From contig OX597826.1 in the NCBI GenBank assembly GCA_951406725.2, positions 20,026,001-20,090,000 on the forward strand: a stretch of DNA of 64,000 bases. Reading direction: 5' to 3'. The translations under genes were made by a program, and so were the position numbers. Below are positions 1 to 12,349 of this stretch, piece by piece. The first letter of the stretch is position 1; every line of letters starts with the position of its first letter. The DNA is from Octopus vulgaris. Taxonomy: Eukaryota. Below the pieces are notes generated by a model. It did not search any database. It was given only the letters and a program-made list of their open reading frames with translations, and was not told the origin of the DNA.

Positions 1-1869
1 TGTGGGTGCTAGGAATATGTAGTTCTAGTAAGGGTTTTACCCGGTCAGGGTCAGGTTTCAAGTTACCATTTTGAATTCCATAGCTAAGCATTCGAATACG
101 TGTAGTGCTGTAAATGCATTTGGTATCATTAAAAGTTAAATTACAGTCCTTAACAACTTGAAGAAAATGTTTTAAATTTCGATCATGTTCTTCCTTCGAT
201 TTACCACACACAGTTATGTTGCCGATATATGCAAAAGTAGCTCTACAATTATGGCTTTCGATTATATTATCGATCACTCTCTGGAAACAGGGCACTGCAT
301 AAGGTCGATTTTCAACTGGAATCTCAACTTGGTGATACGCACTTTTGAGATCCAGTGTGCTAAAATAATTAAACTGAGTTATTTTTGTGACCATATCATG
401 CATATTTGGCAGTGGATATCCATCTAATTGCGTAAGCTTATTTATAGTCTCACTATAATCAATATACAGTATCTTGCAATGATTTTTCCTGATATTACCA
501 ATACTGGGCTCGCCAGGGAGAAACACTGGGTTCAATTACCCCTTCTGCCAGATCTCGGCTTATAGTATCAGCAATAAAATTTTCATTATTGGCGGACTGT
601 CTTCTTGATTTCGTAACTATGGGTTTACAGTCAGAGTTTAAATTTTCAAACAACCTCGGTGTAATGTCACTTTTAATGCACTTTAGAGCTCCCAAATGTA
701 ACGGGGGTTTATCGCCGTCAAAGGTAATTTGTTCATGTTGATGTTGTTCTAAGAAATTTCGTCGTAAAATTATACAAACTAATTATCAAGTACCACCAGC
801 TTTACTTGCTCGTAAATTCTTCCATGAAGTTCAGTTGAACTCAAACAATAACCGTCGCTTTGTGAACGATTTCCATTGACAGCCATGTTAATTTCATTCC
901 TTTCAGACTTCATCACCAATTTGTTTTTCTTTGCAAAGTCTTTGCTAATATGATTCATAGTAGAGCCGGTATCAAATAAATGCATTCGCGCCATCGACTG
1001 TTATTGTATAATTAACTTTAGTAGTAGCTCCCTCTTGACATAAAGCCGTGGCGAATTTGCCATCATCAAGAGCTGCTGATGTCTTATCGAAATAAATTCT
1101 TACGGCTATTTGACCGGCATTCTTTAGCAAAATGACCGAGATATCCACATTTGTAACACTTGCTCCGCCTAGCAGGACACTTAAACCTCGGATGAAATTC
1201 ATTAGATCCGCAAAAGGAACGGGATCTTTTTGTCGCTGCACAAGCTGTGTTTCCGTCAGGAATTGAGATGTTGTCTTCTTCACGTGGAATAAACGTTGAC
1301 AAACAGCTTCCCTGGCTGTTTATAGCAGACTGACTGCTATTATATACTTCGGAATTCCAATGAGCAACTTCCAGCGTACGGGCTTGGTTAAATATCGGTT
1401 CTAAAGTTATCGCCGCATCTTGAATATTTTCTAAAAGTCTAAGGCGAGTTGAAGATGACGTTAATCCCGAGATAAATGCGTCACGAACAGCTTCATTTTT
1501 GTGAGTCTCAGCGTCCACAGCTCTGTACCCGCAATCTTTAGATAGTCGTCAACTGATTGGCCTGGTTCTTGTTTGCATATCATTAAAAGGTGTCTCCCAA
1601 AAATAATGATCAACGGTTTCACATTCAGTCTCTCCAGAGTTTGAATTGCTTCTGAGTAATTCTCACATTCACTTATGACTTCGTAAACGTCTTTGTCTAC
1701 GTGCGCTATTAAACACCTAAGTTTGCTTTCATCCGTGATTGGCGGTTCAGCAGGAAATGATTCTAAAAAGAATTTTTCAAGTTCTGAACCAATATTTCCA
1801 TTCTTTCGAAGGTTGACTCGAACTTGGATCAGCAGTGAACAAATCTGGTTTTATAAATTTACTGTCCAT
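1..1869 (-). mobile_element. Ty3/Gypsy LTR retrotransposon gag-pol relic (gag, protease, RT; frameshifted, runs off window edge)
   Basis: ATG at 1869 (MDSKFIKPDLFTADPSS..EWKYWF); CCHC knuckle CYKCGYLGHFAKEC; protease LFDTGS; RT motifs PSVSPWRAQ, STLDLKSAYHQV, FAYIGNITVCG (degenerate YxDD); no 5' LTR, microsatellite directly upstream. Confidence 0.9.
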
Positions 1870-1905
<36 letters not shown>

Positions 1906-1908
<3 letters not shown>

Positions 1909-2195
1909 TGCTGTTTAAGCAATGTTCCAAAATAATGGCTCTAATTAACGTTTTTAAAACCAATGGATGTGTATGTGGATGATGAAGATCACTACTAGCT
2001 CTCACTGCGTGCGCAGTGAGAGCTAATAGTAATCTTCATAGAGGAGTGTGGCGAGTGACATTGCTGTATTTACTTCGAAAGTTGTGAAATTTGTGTTTTT
2101 GTGATCACGTGTATGCTGTAGTCTGCGATTTTGTCATCAGGAAGCTGGAAAAAAGAGCCAACGTGAAATTTTGCGATAAACTTGGAGAATCTTGA
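1906..2195 (+). mobile_element. probable mariner 5' remnant containing a ~58-bp palindrome (1982-2039)
   Basis: EKRANVKFCDKLGES at ~2147-2191 resembles the mariner transposase N-terminus; near-perfect hairpin upstream. Confidence 0.45.
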
Positions 2196-2214
2196 AGAAT
2201 GATTATATCTTGGC

Positions 2215-2320
2215 AACGGAATTTGCTAAGTTCAGAAAATATTAAGATTTGTTGCTTGAAATCGAAAAGACGTGGCGTCTCAAGACGGTTACAATACCAG
2301 TGATTGTTAAAGCACTTCAC
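2215..2320 (+). mobile_element. R4/Dong-like LINE restriction-like endonuclease fragment
   Basis: KY*DLLLEIEKTWRLKTVTIPVIVKAL matches the RLE C-terminal motif also seen intact at 54820-55248. Confidence 0.6.
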
Positions 2321-2400
2321 TTGGCAAGAAATTGAAACGAAATTGAAAGAAGATAATGATAATAATATTTGCTTCAAAATTTTTCCACAAGGGTTCAACA

Positions 2401-3588
2401 GGTACTTATTTCATCGACAACCAAAGGATGAAAGACAAAGTCGACCTCGGCGGAATTTGAACTCAGAACATAGCGACAGGCAAAATGCCGCTATGCATTT
2501 CGTCCAACGCACTTACGATTCTGCCAGTTCACTGCCTTAATAATCCTTTCTACTAAAGGCTCGAGGCCTGAAATGATAGGGGAGTAGATTAAGTCGATTA
2601 CATCGACCCAGTGGATCACTGGTACTTATTTTATCGACCCCGAAAAGATGAAAAGCAAAGTCGACCTCGGCGCAATTGAAATCAGAACGTAACGGCAGGC
2701 GAAATACTGCTAAGCATTTCGCCCGGCGTGCTAACGTTTCTGCCAGCTCACCGCCTTTAAAGCCTAAGTCGACCTCGGTGAAATTTGAACTCAGAACGTA
2801 AAGACAGACGAAATACCTATTTTTTTACTACCCACAGAGAGGACAAACAAGGTCACACAAACGGATTAAGTCGATTATATCGACCCCAGTGCGTAACTGG
2901 TACTTATTTAATCGACCCCAAAAGGATGAAAGGCAAAGTCGACCTCGGCGGAATTTGAACTCAGAACGTAACGGCAGACGAAATACCTATTTCTTTACTA
3001 CCCACAAGGGACCAAACACAGAGGGGGCAAACAAGGACAGACGAACGGATTAAGTCGATTACATCGACCTCAGTGCGTAACTGGTGCTTAATTTATCGAC
3101 CCCGAAAAGATGAAAGGCAAAGTCGACCTCGGCGGAATTTGAACTCAGAACGCAGCGGCGGACGAAATACCTATTTCTTTATTACGCACAAGGGGCTAAA
3201 CATAGAGGGGTCAAACCGGTACAGACAAAGGGATTAAGTTGGTTACATTGACCCCAGTGCGTAACTGGTGCTTAATTTATCGACCCCGAAAGGATGAAAG
3301 GCAAAGTCGACCTCGGCGGAATTTGAACTCAGAACGCAGCGGCGGACGAAATACCTATTTCTTTATTACCCACAAGGGGCTAAATATAGAGAGGATAAAC
3401 AAGGACAGACACAGGTATTAAGTCGATTACATCGACCCCAGTACGGACTGGTACTTAATTTATCGACCCCGAAAGGATGAAAGGCAAAGTCAACTTCGGC
3501 GGAATTTGAACTCACAACGTAACGACAGACGAAATACCGCTAAGCATTTCATCCGGCGTGCTAACGTTTCTCCCAGCTCGTCACTTTA
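2401..3588 (-). mobile_element. head-to-tail array of about 7 tRNA-derived SINE units (Meta-domain-like core)
   Basis: Repeating 170-184 bp units; B box GAGTTCAAATTCC; core GTCGACTTTGCCTTTCATCCTTTCGGGGTCGATAAATTAAGTACCAG; A-box head only on some units. Confidence 0.9.
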
Positions 3589-3599
3589 ACAACAACAAC

Positions 3600-4590
3600 A
3601 ATAATACAGTCAAGACGAAGAGCACGATTCGATTGTAAGATATTTTTTTAATTGAACGATATTTCAACAGTACGTCGGTCTTTGTCAAGTTCAAAATTAC
3701 AGAAATTTAAACGTAAAGTATGAACGAGAGCAACCAGCGTCCACACGTTGATGGAATGACATCATCAGTTTTTAAGTTACAATTTTATAACAGGCGAAAA
3801 GAAAAAGACTGAAAAAAAAACAGAAAAAAGGAGACGACAGAAAAAAAAGGAAAGAAAAAGAAGAATATTAAATCAAACAGTTTCGTATAAATTTGATGAT
3901 ATTCTCCTGTCATCTTATTCATTCCTCCAGGGCGTGATGTTAATAACCCGCAAACATATATCTCCTCATACATTCTGAGAAGTGAAAGTGAAGCAGATTC
4001 AGTATATTTTCTGAGAGTATGCACTTTCAAGTCTTCTTCAAAATTGCAGCTGCTTGAAACGAAATGTTCAGCAGTTTCTGTTGAACTACTGTTATTGTGC
4101 CTGACGTTGAATGTGTGCCCATTAAACCTTTTGTTTAATTGTTCTGTTGTGCAACCAACATAAATCAAGTTGTGTTTCGTGCATACTGCAGCGTACACGA
4201 AATGGGAAACTTTACATGTTCCACTTTCTGTATAAATCATAACATTTCTGTTATGATTTCTGATGGAATTCACTTCACTCACGTTGTTGCACAATGAACA
4301 GGGATTACCTCTCTTGCGGCTGTTCCTTTAGGTACAGTGTGCAGATACTCCAGTGTTCGTTTTCTTGGAGTCAAATATAGAGGTCAATAATTCTCTTATA
4401 TTCTTATTCCGTCTAAAGGCTACAATAGGCGGCTGAGGAAATATCTGTTTGAAACGAGGATATTATTTCGCCACATGCTGATAAGTTTCATGCAACACTT
4501 TTGAAATGCCATCAAAATGTCGGTGCTAGCTAATCACTAAAGGAATTCTGTCATCTATTGTATTGTGTTTGTTAAAATTATGCGTGTAGG
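3600..4590 (-). mobile_element. Penelope-like element 3' part (linker, GIY-YIG endonuclease ORF 3785-4294, pseudo-LTR)
   Basis: RIPLVI..IFPQPPIVAFRRNKNIRELL linker; FVYAAVCTKHNLIYVGCTTEQLNKRFNGH..LLTSRPGGMN GIY-YIG signature; hammerhead downstream. Confidence 0.88.
3652..3694 (-). ncRNA. minimal type-I hammerhead ribozyme motif, U3-A8 core variant
   Basis: Minus strand UUGAAC-UUGACAA-helix II (imperfect)-GAAA-UAUC-GUUCAA; 6-bp helix I, palindromic AUAU helix III, AUC site; 3' of PLE ORF. Confidence 0.7.
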
Positions 4591-4599
4591 TTTGACTAT

Positions 4600-4708
4600 C
4601 TTATATATCCTTTACCAATTATTTTCAGGTTTTGGTTAGAATTGCGAATTTCTGGGGGAGTGTCGCGTTCATTCATGCTAGTTTCTTTAATTTTCACCAT
4701 TCAGTCAT
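4600..4708 (-). mobile_element. short fragment of the R4/Dong-like LINE also at 5676-6640 and 7530-9110
   Basis: Aligns by eye with 8030-8130. Confidence 0.8.
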
Positions 4709-5239
4709 ATGCCCTGATGCAGTACCAGGCAGTGGCTCTCGTGGCTTCTGATCTTAACTGATGGGAAGTGTTATCATGTACATTGTTTTGTCTTGGTATA
4801 AAAGATGGGCTACAGCAAATATTCTGCTCAATACCACAGATTTGCTTGTCAGTTGTTTGACCTTAACCAGTTGAGCATGTCCCTTAGTGGCTGGCGATAT
4901 GTGCATCTCTGATTATGAGCAGAAGTAGTGGGTGAGCATCATAGCCGTGTGTTGAGAGGGATTATTTGGGGTTTAAATAATTCAACTCTGGAAACATGGG
5001 TGTTTCGTTCAACTTCCTTAAACAATCCTTAATCAGGGACCTTTTGAGCGGGATGGGTTACTCGACCGGAAGAAATTTCTAACTGCAAGGTCATGTGCTG
5101 TTTATCTTGATATGAGATCACCATGTCGCGCACATATGGTAGCGATGTGTACCCTCATCAGAAGGGTTGTCATGGGTATACAGTTCTTCGTATATTTCAC
5201 CTGAGTGTCACTTTGATGGCATGCACTGCTCTCTCACTC

Positions 5240-5240
<1 letters not shown>
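4709..5240 (+). mobile_element. ~555-bp non-coding retroposon ending in (AAT)n, copy 1
   Basis: Closely similar to the reverse complements of 54078-54548 and 55609-56166; 3' end CTCTCTCACTC followed by (AAT)n. Confidence 0.85.
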
Positions 5241-5293
<53 letters not shown>

Positions 5294-5318
5294 TAATAAT
5301 AAATAATAATAATAATAA

Positions 5319-5530
5319 TCTTTTTTACTCTAGGCATAAGGCCCGAAAGTTTTGGGGAGGGAGCCAGTCGATTAGATCGACCCCAGTACGCAACTGATAC
5401 ATAATTTATCGACCTCAAAGGATGAAAGACAAAGTCGACTTCGGCGGAATTTGAACTCAGAACGTAAAGAGAGACGAAATACCGCTAAGCATTTCGCCCA
5501 GCGTGCTAACGATTCTGCCAGCTCACCGCC

Positions 5531-5533
<3 letters not shown>
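5319..5533 (-). mobile_element. full-length Meta-like tRNA SINE (alternative tail) inside a (TAA)n tract
   Basis: Head GGCGGTGAGCTGGCAGAATCGTTAG, B box, core, tail ..GGCCTTATGCCTAGAGTAAAAAAG. Confidence 0.9.
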
Positions 5534-5601
<68 letters not shown>

Positions 5602-5675
5602 CATATTGATAATGATAATAATGATGATGATGAATGATGATGATGATGATGATGATAAAAATAAAGAAAGCTGCC

Positions 5676-6640
5676 TTCAGTTCCACGCCACATATTCTCC
5701 TCAAATATATCTAATACTATACAAACCTACATAAACTGGAGACAGAAACACCCTGAAGTAAGACCCTACGTAGACTGTAACAAACTTGCCAACGTCAGAA
5801 GAGACATTATGAAAAAGAAATTACTGACTGGATTAGATATTGACCAAATTAAACAAGCAGTAAGGGATAAAAAGAATGAAGCTGCAGCTAAAGAAGATAC
5901 TACAGAGGAAATAATTATAGACCAGCCCAGGACTGATGAAAATGCAGTAATGATTGAAAGAGTTAACGTAACTGATAGGCAAGGTGAAATACTCTCTGAA
6001 CCAACAATAGACACTAAGGCAGATGAAAATCAAATAGATGAAGAAAGTCACATAGAAATTGACCCAACAGAACTACGTGATCTAAAAAATCAAATCATGT
6101 CTGAATGGCTGAAAATTAAAGAAACCAGTGTGAATGAACGCGAACTCTCTCAGAAATTCGCAATTCTAACCAAAACCTGAAAAGAATTGGTAAAATCCGC
6201 CTTGCACTTATGGATATAATTTCAGTTAATGATCTCGATATCACAGATCTGAACCACCTGTACTATGGATCCGGGAAATTCTCAACGATTCTATGTGGTG
6301 AAAAGATTAGAAAACGACAACATTCCCACAAAAAGCCTACTTGGCAAGAGCGTGTCCAACACCAAATTCAGCTACTTAGGTCTGACATAGAATGTTTAAA
6401 AAAACCTCTTAAATTTGACAAGACTATCAAACTTACAAAAATCCGAAAATTAAAGAAAAAATTATAATATGAAAACCATATTTGACATCCACACCACCAT
6501 AGAAACCATCAAGCAAAAGGTATGTGCTAAAGCTAGGACATGTTCAAAAATAACCCCAAATTTTTTTACAGGAAGATAGGGAAGATACCAGTTACAGTAC
6601 AGTCTGTCCTATCAAAAGAAGAAGTGTAGGAATTTCCCCA
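5676..6640 (+). mobile_element. R4/Dong-like LINE N-terminal region (left arm of an inverted duplication)
   Basis: ORFs 5809-6180 and 6210-6467 (KPTWQERVQHQIQLLRSDI) almost identical to minus-strand ORFs 8047-8637 and 7760-8017. Confidence 0.85.
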
Positions 6641-6859
6641 ATTACGTGGGAAATCCGAATGTCAAAACTTCTAAGAAACTTTTGCAGGGTTTCTCAGGGA
6701 AACTGCGACAAGATCCGGAGCCCAGGTTACTGGGCCGCCAACAGCATCGGGAGGGAAAACTCCAATCAGATCCAGAGATCAAGTCAGCCGGCTGCCAACA
6801 GCTCCGGGAGAGTAAGCTTGCTTCTTTTCTTTCTCGCAACTCTTTCCGACCGGCATGGG

Positions 6860-7490
6860 ATTGATTAGAGTGGCCTGGTGTCGCTCTGGAAGCAGGGGCG
6901 CCTGCTCAACGATCTCAGGTTACTATCTATGGATGTGACAGTCGTCAGCGAAACCAAGATTTTCGACACACATGATCTGGCCCAAATTTTCGACAATTTT
7001 GAGATCTACGCATCAATTAGCTGGTCTGGAATGAGGGACGGGTGGCAATGCTGTTTAGGAAAGCCCTGGATCTCGAGGTACGGACGATCTTTCTGGCCAC
7101 GGAAGCTAAGGTGGTATTCTTAGATGTGAGTAACAGCGAAGGTGGTGCTTTCAGACTAGTCGCTGTGTACTCCCTAAATGGGGCGGAGTGGCCAGATTTC
7201 TTCAAGCGTTTGGAGACTTTCCTTGGAACATTTCACTCTTTAGTTCTAGTAGGGGATTGGAACACCATTTTGGATGCACGCCTGGATAGGATGACGCTAG
7301 CCTATAGGAGAGGAGGTGCAAAAGCCTCACAAACCTGCTCAGTAGTTTCCATTTGGCTGACAAGTACTGACTTGATTTCCCGAATGCGCCGATGTGGACA
7401 GAGGAAAACAGTATCGGGTCTTCCAAATTGTATTTACATAAGATATTCCGTAGGCCAGTAGATAGAAATAGCATAGGTTATCCACAGTTC
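6860..7490 (+). mobile_element. L1/Tx1-like LINE apurinic endonuclease fragment
   Basis: DVTVVSETK, GVAMLFRK, FRLVAVYS, LVLVGDWNTILD APE motifs, frameshifted. Confidence 0.85.
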
Positions 7491-7529
7491 ATGGCTCTCT
7501 GGGAAGGCATTCAACCAGAAGTTAGGAAT

Positions 7530-9110
7530 TTTATCCTTTCCTGGATGCTTCCATTTGCTTGACTTTCTGGGAACAGATCTTTACGGTAGCTGGTATTTTC
7601 CTTATCTTCCTGTAAAAATTTTTGGGATTATTTTTGAGCATGTTGTTGTCCTTGAAGAATCTAAAGCGCTTTTCATACCGTGCTATGCAGACAACTTTAG
7701 CACATACCTTTTGCTTGATGGTTTCTATGGTGGTGTGGATGTCAAATATGGTTTTCATATTAATATTTTTTCTTTAATTTTCGGATTTTTGTAAGTTTGA
7801 TAGTCTTGTCAAATTTAAGAGGTTTTTTTAAACATTCTATGTCAGACCTAAGTAGCTGAATTTGGTGTTGGACACGCTCTTGCCAAGTAGGCTTTTTGTG
7901 GGAATGTTGTCGTTTTCTAATCTTTTCACCACATAGAATCGTTGAGAATTTCCCGGATCCATAGTACAGGTGGTTCAGATCTGTGATATCAAGATCACTA
8001 TCTGAAATTATATCCATAAGTGCAAGGCGGATTTTACCAATTCTTTTCAGGTTTTGGTTAGAATTGCGAATTTCTGAGAGAGTTCGCGTTCATTCACACT
8101 GGTTTCTTTAATTTTCAGCCATTCAGACATGATTTGATTTTTTAGATCACGTAGTTCTGTTGGGTCAATTTCTATGTGACTTTCTTCATCTATTTGATTT
8201 TCATCTGCCTTAGTGTCTATTGTTGGTTCAGAGAGTATTTCACCTTGCCTATCAGTTACGTTAACTCTTTCAATCATTACTGCATTTTCATCAGCTCTGG
8301 GCTGGTCTATAATTATTTCCTCTGTAGTATCTTCTTTAGCTGCAGCTTCATTCTTTTTATCTCTTACTGCTTGTTTAATTTGGTCAATATCTAATCCAGT
8401 CAGTAATTTCTTTTTCATAATGTCTCTTCTGACGTTGGCAAGTTTGTTACAGTCTACGTAGGGTCTTACTTCAAGATGTTTCTGTCTCCAGTTCAAGTAG
8501 GTTTGTACAGCATTAGATCTATTTGTGAGGAAATATATGGCATGGTAGAAGGCCGTAAGAACTTCTTTATTATCTTCCCTAGACCATTTTTCATTCTTTG
8601 CCTTTTTTTTTATTTGATGACGAGCATGGATGACCATATGTTGGAATATTCTGGTTGTGGAGTACTTTCAGCTCCTGTGTGACGGGAAAATTTGAACCAG
8701 TAGCTGATTTTTCGAATCGAATCTGGTTCATCATTCAAGTACGTGGCCCTTTGTAATTCGGTCGACGACCAGTACGCTTTGTATTTTGCTTTGTTAACAG
8801 TGAGGTATGGCGAGCTTCGATGTTGGCATTAGGGGACGTATCTGTCTGTTTAGGGTTAATATTTTGAGACAACACCGTCTCCGAGTTCTCTGCATGTAAA
8901 CATTGCTCGTAACGTAGCTTCTTAATCAAGTACGTGGCCCTTTGTGATCCGGTCGACGACCAATCTTGTTTGTAATTTGCTCTGTTATCACTGAGGCATG
9001 ACGAGCTTCGACGTTGACATTAGGGGACGGATTTGTCTGTTTAGGATCAATTTTTTGAGACAACACTGTCACCGAGTACTCTACATTGCCCGTAACGTAA
9101 CTTCTTAAGG
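7530..9110 (-). mobile_element. R4/Dong-like LINE 5' region (right arm) with a ~190-bp tandem duplication at 8736-9108
   Basis: KWSREDNKEVL..KLANVRRDI; RYEKRFRFFKDNNMLKNNPKNFYRKI; two diverged units starting TCAAGTACGTGGCCCTTTGT at ~8736 and ~8926. Confidence 0.85.
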
Positions 9111-10126
9111 CTAGCAGATATATATTCGTTTGTATTTTTTTTTTTTTTTTTGTTGATAGATTTATCTCCGAGCATAGTTTTTTGTGGTGTTTTTAAACTT
9201 ATGACTGGTTCGCTCTGTCAGTGTTAGTTCGAAATATAAAAATAAAAAAGTTTTGTTTTTGTTTTTGCTTCGTTTGTGACACGTGTTTTCATATGCGTAA
9301 ATGTGTGCCGTGTAAATTTCACGTAGTTGTGTAAACATAGAGATGTATATGTAGTTCAATGGGTATCAAAATGTATATATGATTGTGTAGACATTCGAGT
9401 GTGTGCATAATTTATGTATTTAATGTTTTGCTCCATTTCTATTTTATAATTTGTAAACTTTCCGGTGTTGAGTTCGCGGCTGGGTTTTGCATGATTCACT
9501 GAAACATCGTGCATAGCAGAAACTGTGCTTTGTATGGCAGTAAAATTTCGTGCTTTTTTTTTTTTTTTTTGTTATTTTCGTTAAAAGACCGCTTCCTTCA
9601 AGTCTTCCACAGGTTCCTTTATCAGATTCCATTTTTTGGGTGTGTGTGCAGCATTGTGTGTTCTTTTCTGGTGTTGAGAGTGTGGGAACTCTTCCCGGTA
9701 CTGTATTGTGTTAGTTTTTTTCCCCTTTGGGATGTGGTGCTGTCTTTTGTTGTGTTCCTGCTTGTATTGTGTGTTGATTGTGGATTGCTGGTGGGGGTTT
9801 ATTCCACTGGGTAAATGTTGTATAGAGTGTGCCTTGTATTTGTGGGTTGTTTTGGAACAGCTAACATCCTACGCAAGACAGCTGTTCCTAGCAGGGCTAT
9901 TTTTTGGACTGAGTTGTGTTGAGGATTCGGGTATAGCTTCTACATTTTTGTTCATATGATTTTTTATCATGCCCAATGCTCCAATTATTATTGGTATTAT
10001 TTTTACCTTCATTTCCCACATTTTGAATACTTCAATTTCGAGGTCTTTGTACTTTAGACAATTTTTTCAATTCTTTTTCGATAATATTTTGATCAGAAGG
10101 GATTGCAATGTCCATCAAGAAGCAGG

Positions 10127-10691
10127 TGTAACGAACTTAGTGTGTGAATATCTTCTCTGGACCTTTTGGGGGTGCGAGAGGCAATCACTATTCGTTGCTT
10201 TAATAATCCAGAATTCTACCCGTCAGAAACAAACAGGACGCAAACGTAAAATATATATAACTACTTTATTGTTTTATGGTGAGAGATCAGTGGTATATCT
10301 GATATCCTTGGTTCTGGGCGCGCAATGCTGAAAGTTAATCGATTGTAATATTTACAATGTTCAGCCGCTAAAAACAGAACGGGTTAAAGATGGCGTCCGG
10401 AACAGGGAAGATGATGTGGTCGGCAACAATTCAGGTTAAAAGCTTTCGGCCGACTGCTGCTAGAATCAAATTCGGACAGAGAGAAAATATACGTGACCGT
10501 TGCCTTCGATAGCCATGTCTCAAGTCGCTGCTTGCTGGACGCTGGTGGTCAACGTCTTACGATCCCCTTACCTCGGCTAACTGCTACGTAGGCAAAAGGG
10601 TTCTTCTTCCGGTGGTGAAAGCACCAACCCCGCACGCGCGAAATACAAATGGACGGTGCGCGAGCGCGCGCCGTTGTATAGGATCACTACA
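10127..10691 (-). mobile_element. solo LTR (565 bp) with 4-bp TSD CAGG
   Basis: TGTA...TACA termini; CAGG at 10123-10126 and 10692-10695; AATAAA on minus strand; removal rejoins the host LINE RLE domain. Confidence 0.85.
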
Positions 10692-12349
10692 CAGGTGTTT
10701 TTTCCTCAATCCTTGCCTATTATGTCTGGGCAATTAGCTTTTATTTCTTTGTCGGTTTGAACCGGCATATCCCAGATGATTGTGGCCTAGTCGTTGTCTT
10801 GCACCTTGCTCGGCTCATGCTTATACCACCTGCTGTCAATTTTGATGTTGTAATGTTGGCATATTGTCTAGTAGATATAACTGCTTACTATATTGTGCCT
10901 GTATACATATTCCGACTAGGCAAGGACTGGGACAGCCCAAGATGATGTGGTCAACTGTCTCATTGTGTTGGTTCAACATTCTGCATTTGGTGTTGAGGCC
11001 TGTTTTCATTATTTTGTTATTTTAAATGTTTGTAGTCAGGTATTGGTCTTGTGTAGCGAGAATCAGTCCTTCAGTTTCGGATTTTGAGCCATTGTTGGCT
11101 TTTACTTAGGCTCACTTCTCTGTCAAGCCTTGCAGGGTACTGGCCACGAAATGATTTTTCTCAGCATTTCTTCTTCAGTATCTTTTGTGATTCAGTTTTC
11201 ATGTTGTTTTTTGTCACTCTGACCATTTCTGCTATGTTGTTATCTGAAGTCAGTGTATCAGTGCAGTTTGCTTCTGTTTTGTATTTTGTCGCTTTGTTGT
11301 GTACAGAGAAAAGCGTATTCTTTTCTTATGTTGCTTTACTCATGTTGTAGTAGTCATTCCTTCTTTGTTTCTAAGTACTTTGCTAGTCCAACTGTTGTTA
11401 TTTTATATTAGTTATATTGTATCAGGCCACAGCCTCCTTCTGAGCAGGGTAGATATATTCTGCCTGCGTCTGCTTTGGGGTGGTGACTTCGGTACACAGT
11501 TAAAAGTTTTCTGGTTTTCTATCTAGGTTTCTCAATTCACTGATCTTCCAGGTTATTATGTTAAAGCAGTATTTATGACTGGTATAGCTAGCGTGCTTAT
11601 TATCTTAGTTTTAGCATTAGGTTCAGTGTTTGATATTAGTTTAACTCTTCGGTAATATTCTCTCCTAATTTTCTCTTTCAGTTCTGTGTGTTGTATTTTA
11701 GCTGTTTCTTCTATTCCTTGTGGTTTAATTCTCTAATTTCTGTGTCTATGTCGAGTGCAGTGTTTTCAGTGCTGAATAATTTGCCTCTTCTCAGTGTGAC
11801 TTTGAAACATTTGTCCAGCCCCATGCTCATTTCGACGTCATTGCTGAAACTCTGAACAATGTTGATAAGGTTTCTCTGTTCCATGGTGCCTTTTGTGTAA
11901 GTTTTAGGTCATCCGTGTACAGGAAATGGTTTATTTATTGTCCGTAACACCTATAACCCACGGTGGCTTCGTTTAACAATTTTGTTAGCGGAGTCAGAGT
12001 AAGGCAGAAAAGCAGGGATAACAATGAGTCTCCCTGGAAAATCCCTCTTCATAGCGTAGGTGAGTCATTTTTTAATGTTAAACTGGTTTTCCAGTTTGCC
12101 GTTGCATGTTCAAAATTTTTTACTAGTGTGTGTGGGGGGGCTACCTTATTTGTGTGGAGAGATCCCAGCATCCATGAGTTTGGAACACTGTCGAATGCTT
12201 TCTGGTAATAAATCCAAGTCATGTTCATGTTTGTTTTTCTCTTCTTACAATCCTCTATAATTGTTCGGTTAACCGGAAGTTGCTCCGGCACACTTTTTGT
12301 TCTTCTGGTAAGACATTGTTGTTTTCCAGGTGCTTTATAAGCCGGCTAT

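Noticed and set aside
2401-3588. CRISPR-like array of regularly spaced repeats
   Set aside because: Whole 170-184 bp units repeat, there are no unique spacers or cas genes, and the units are SINE copies.
10560-10630. HDV-like ribozyme
   Set aside because: Could not build the nested double pseudoknot; the region is explained as part of the solo LTR.
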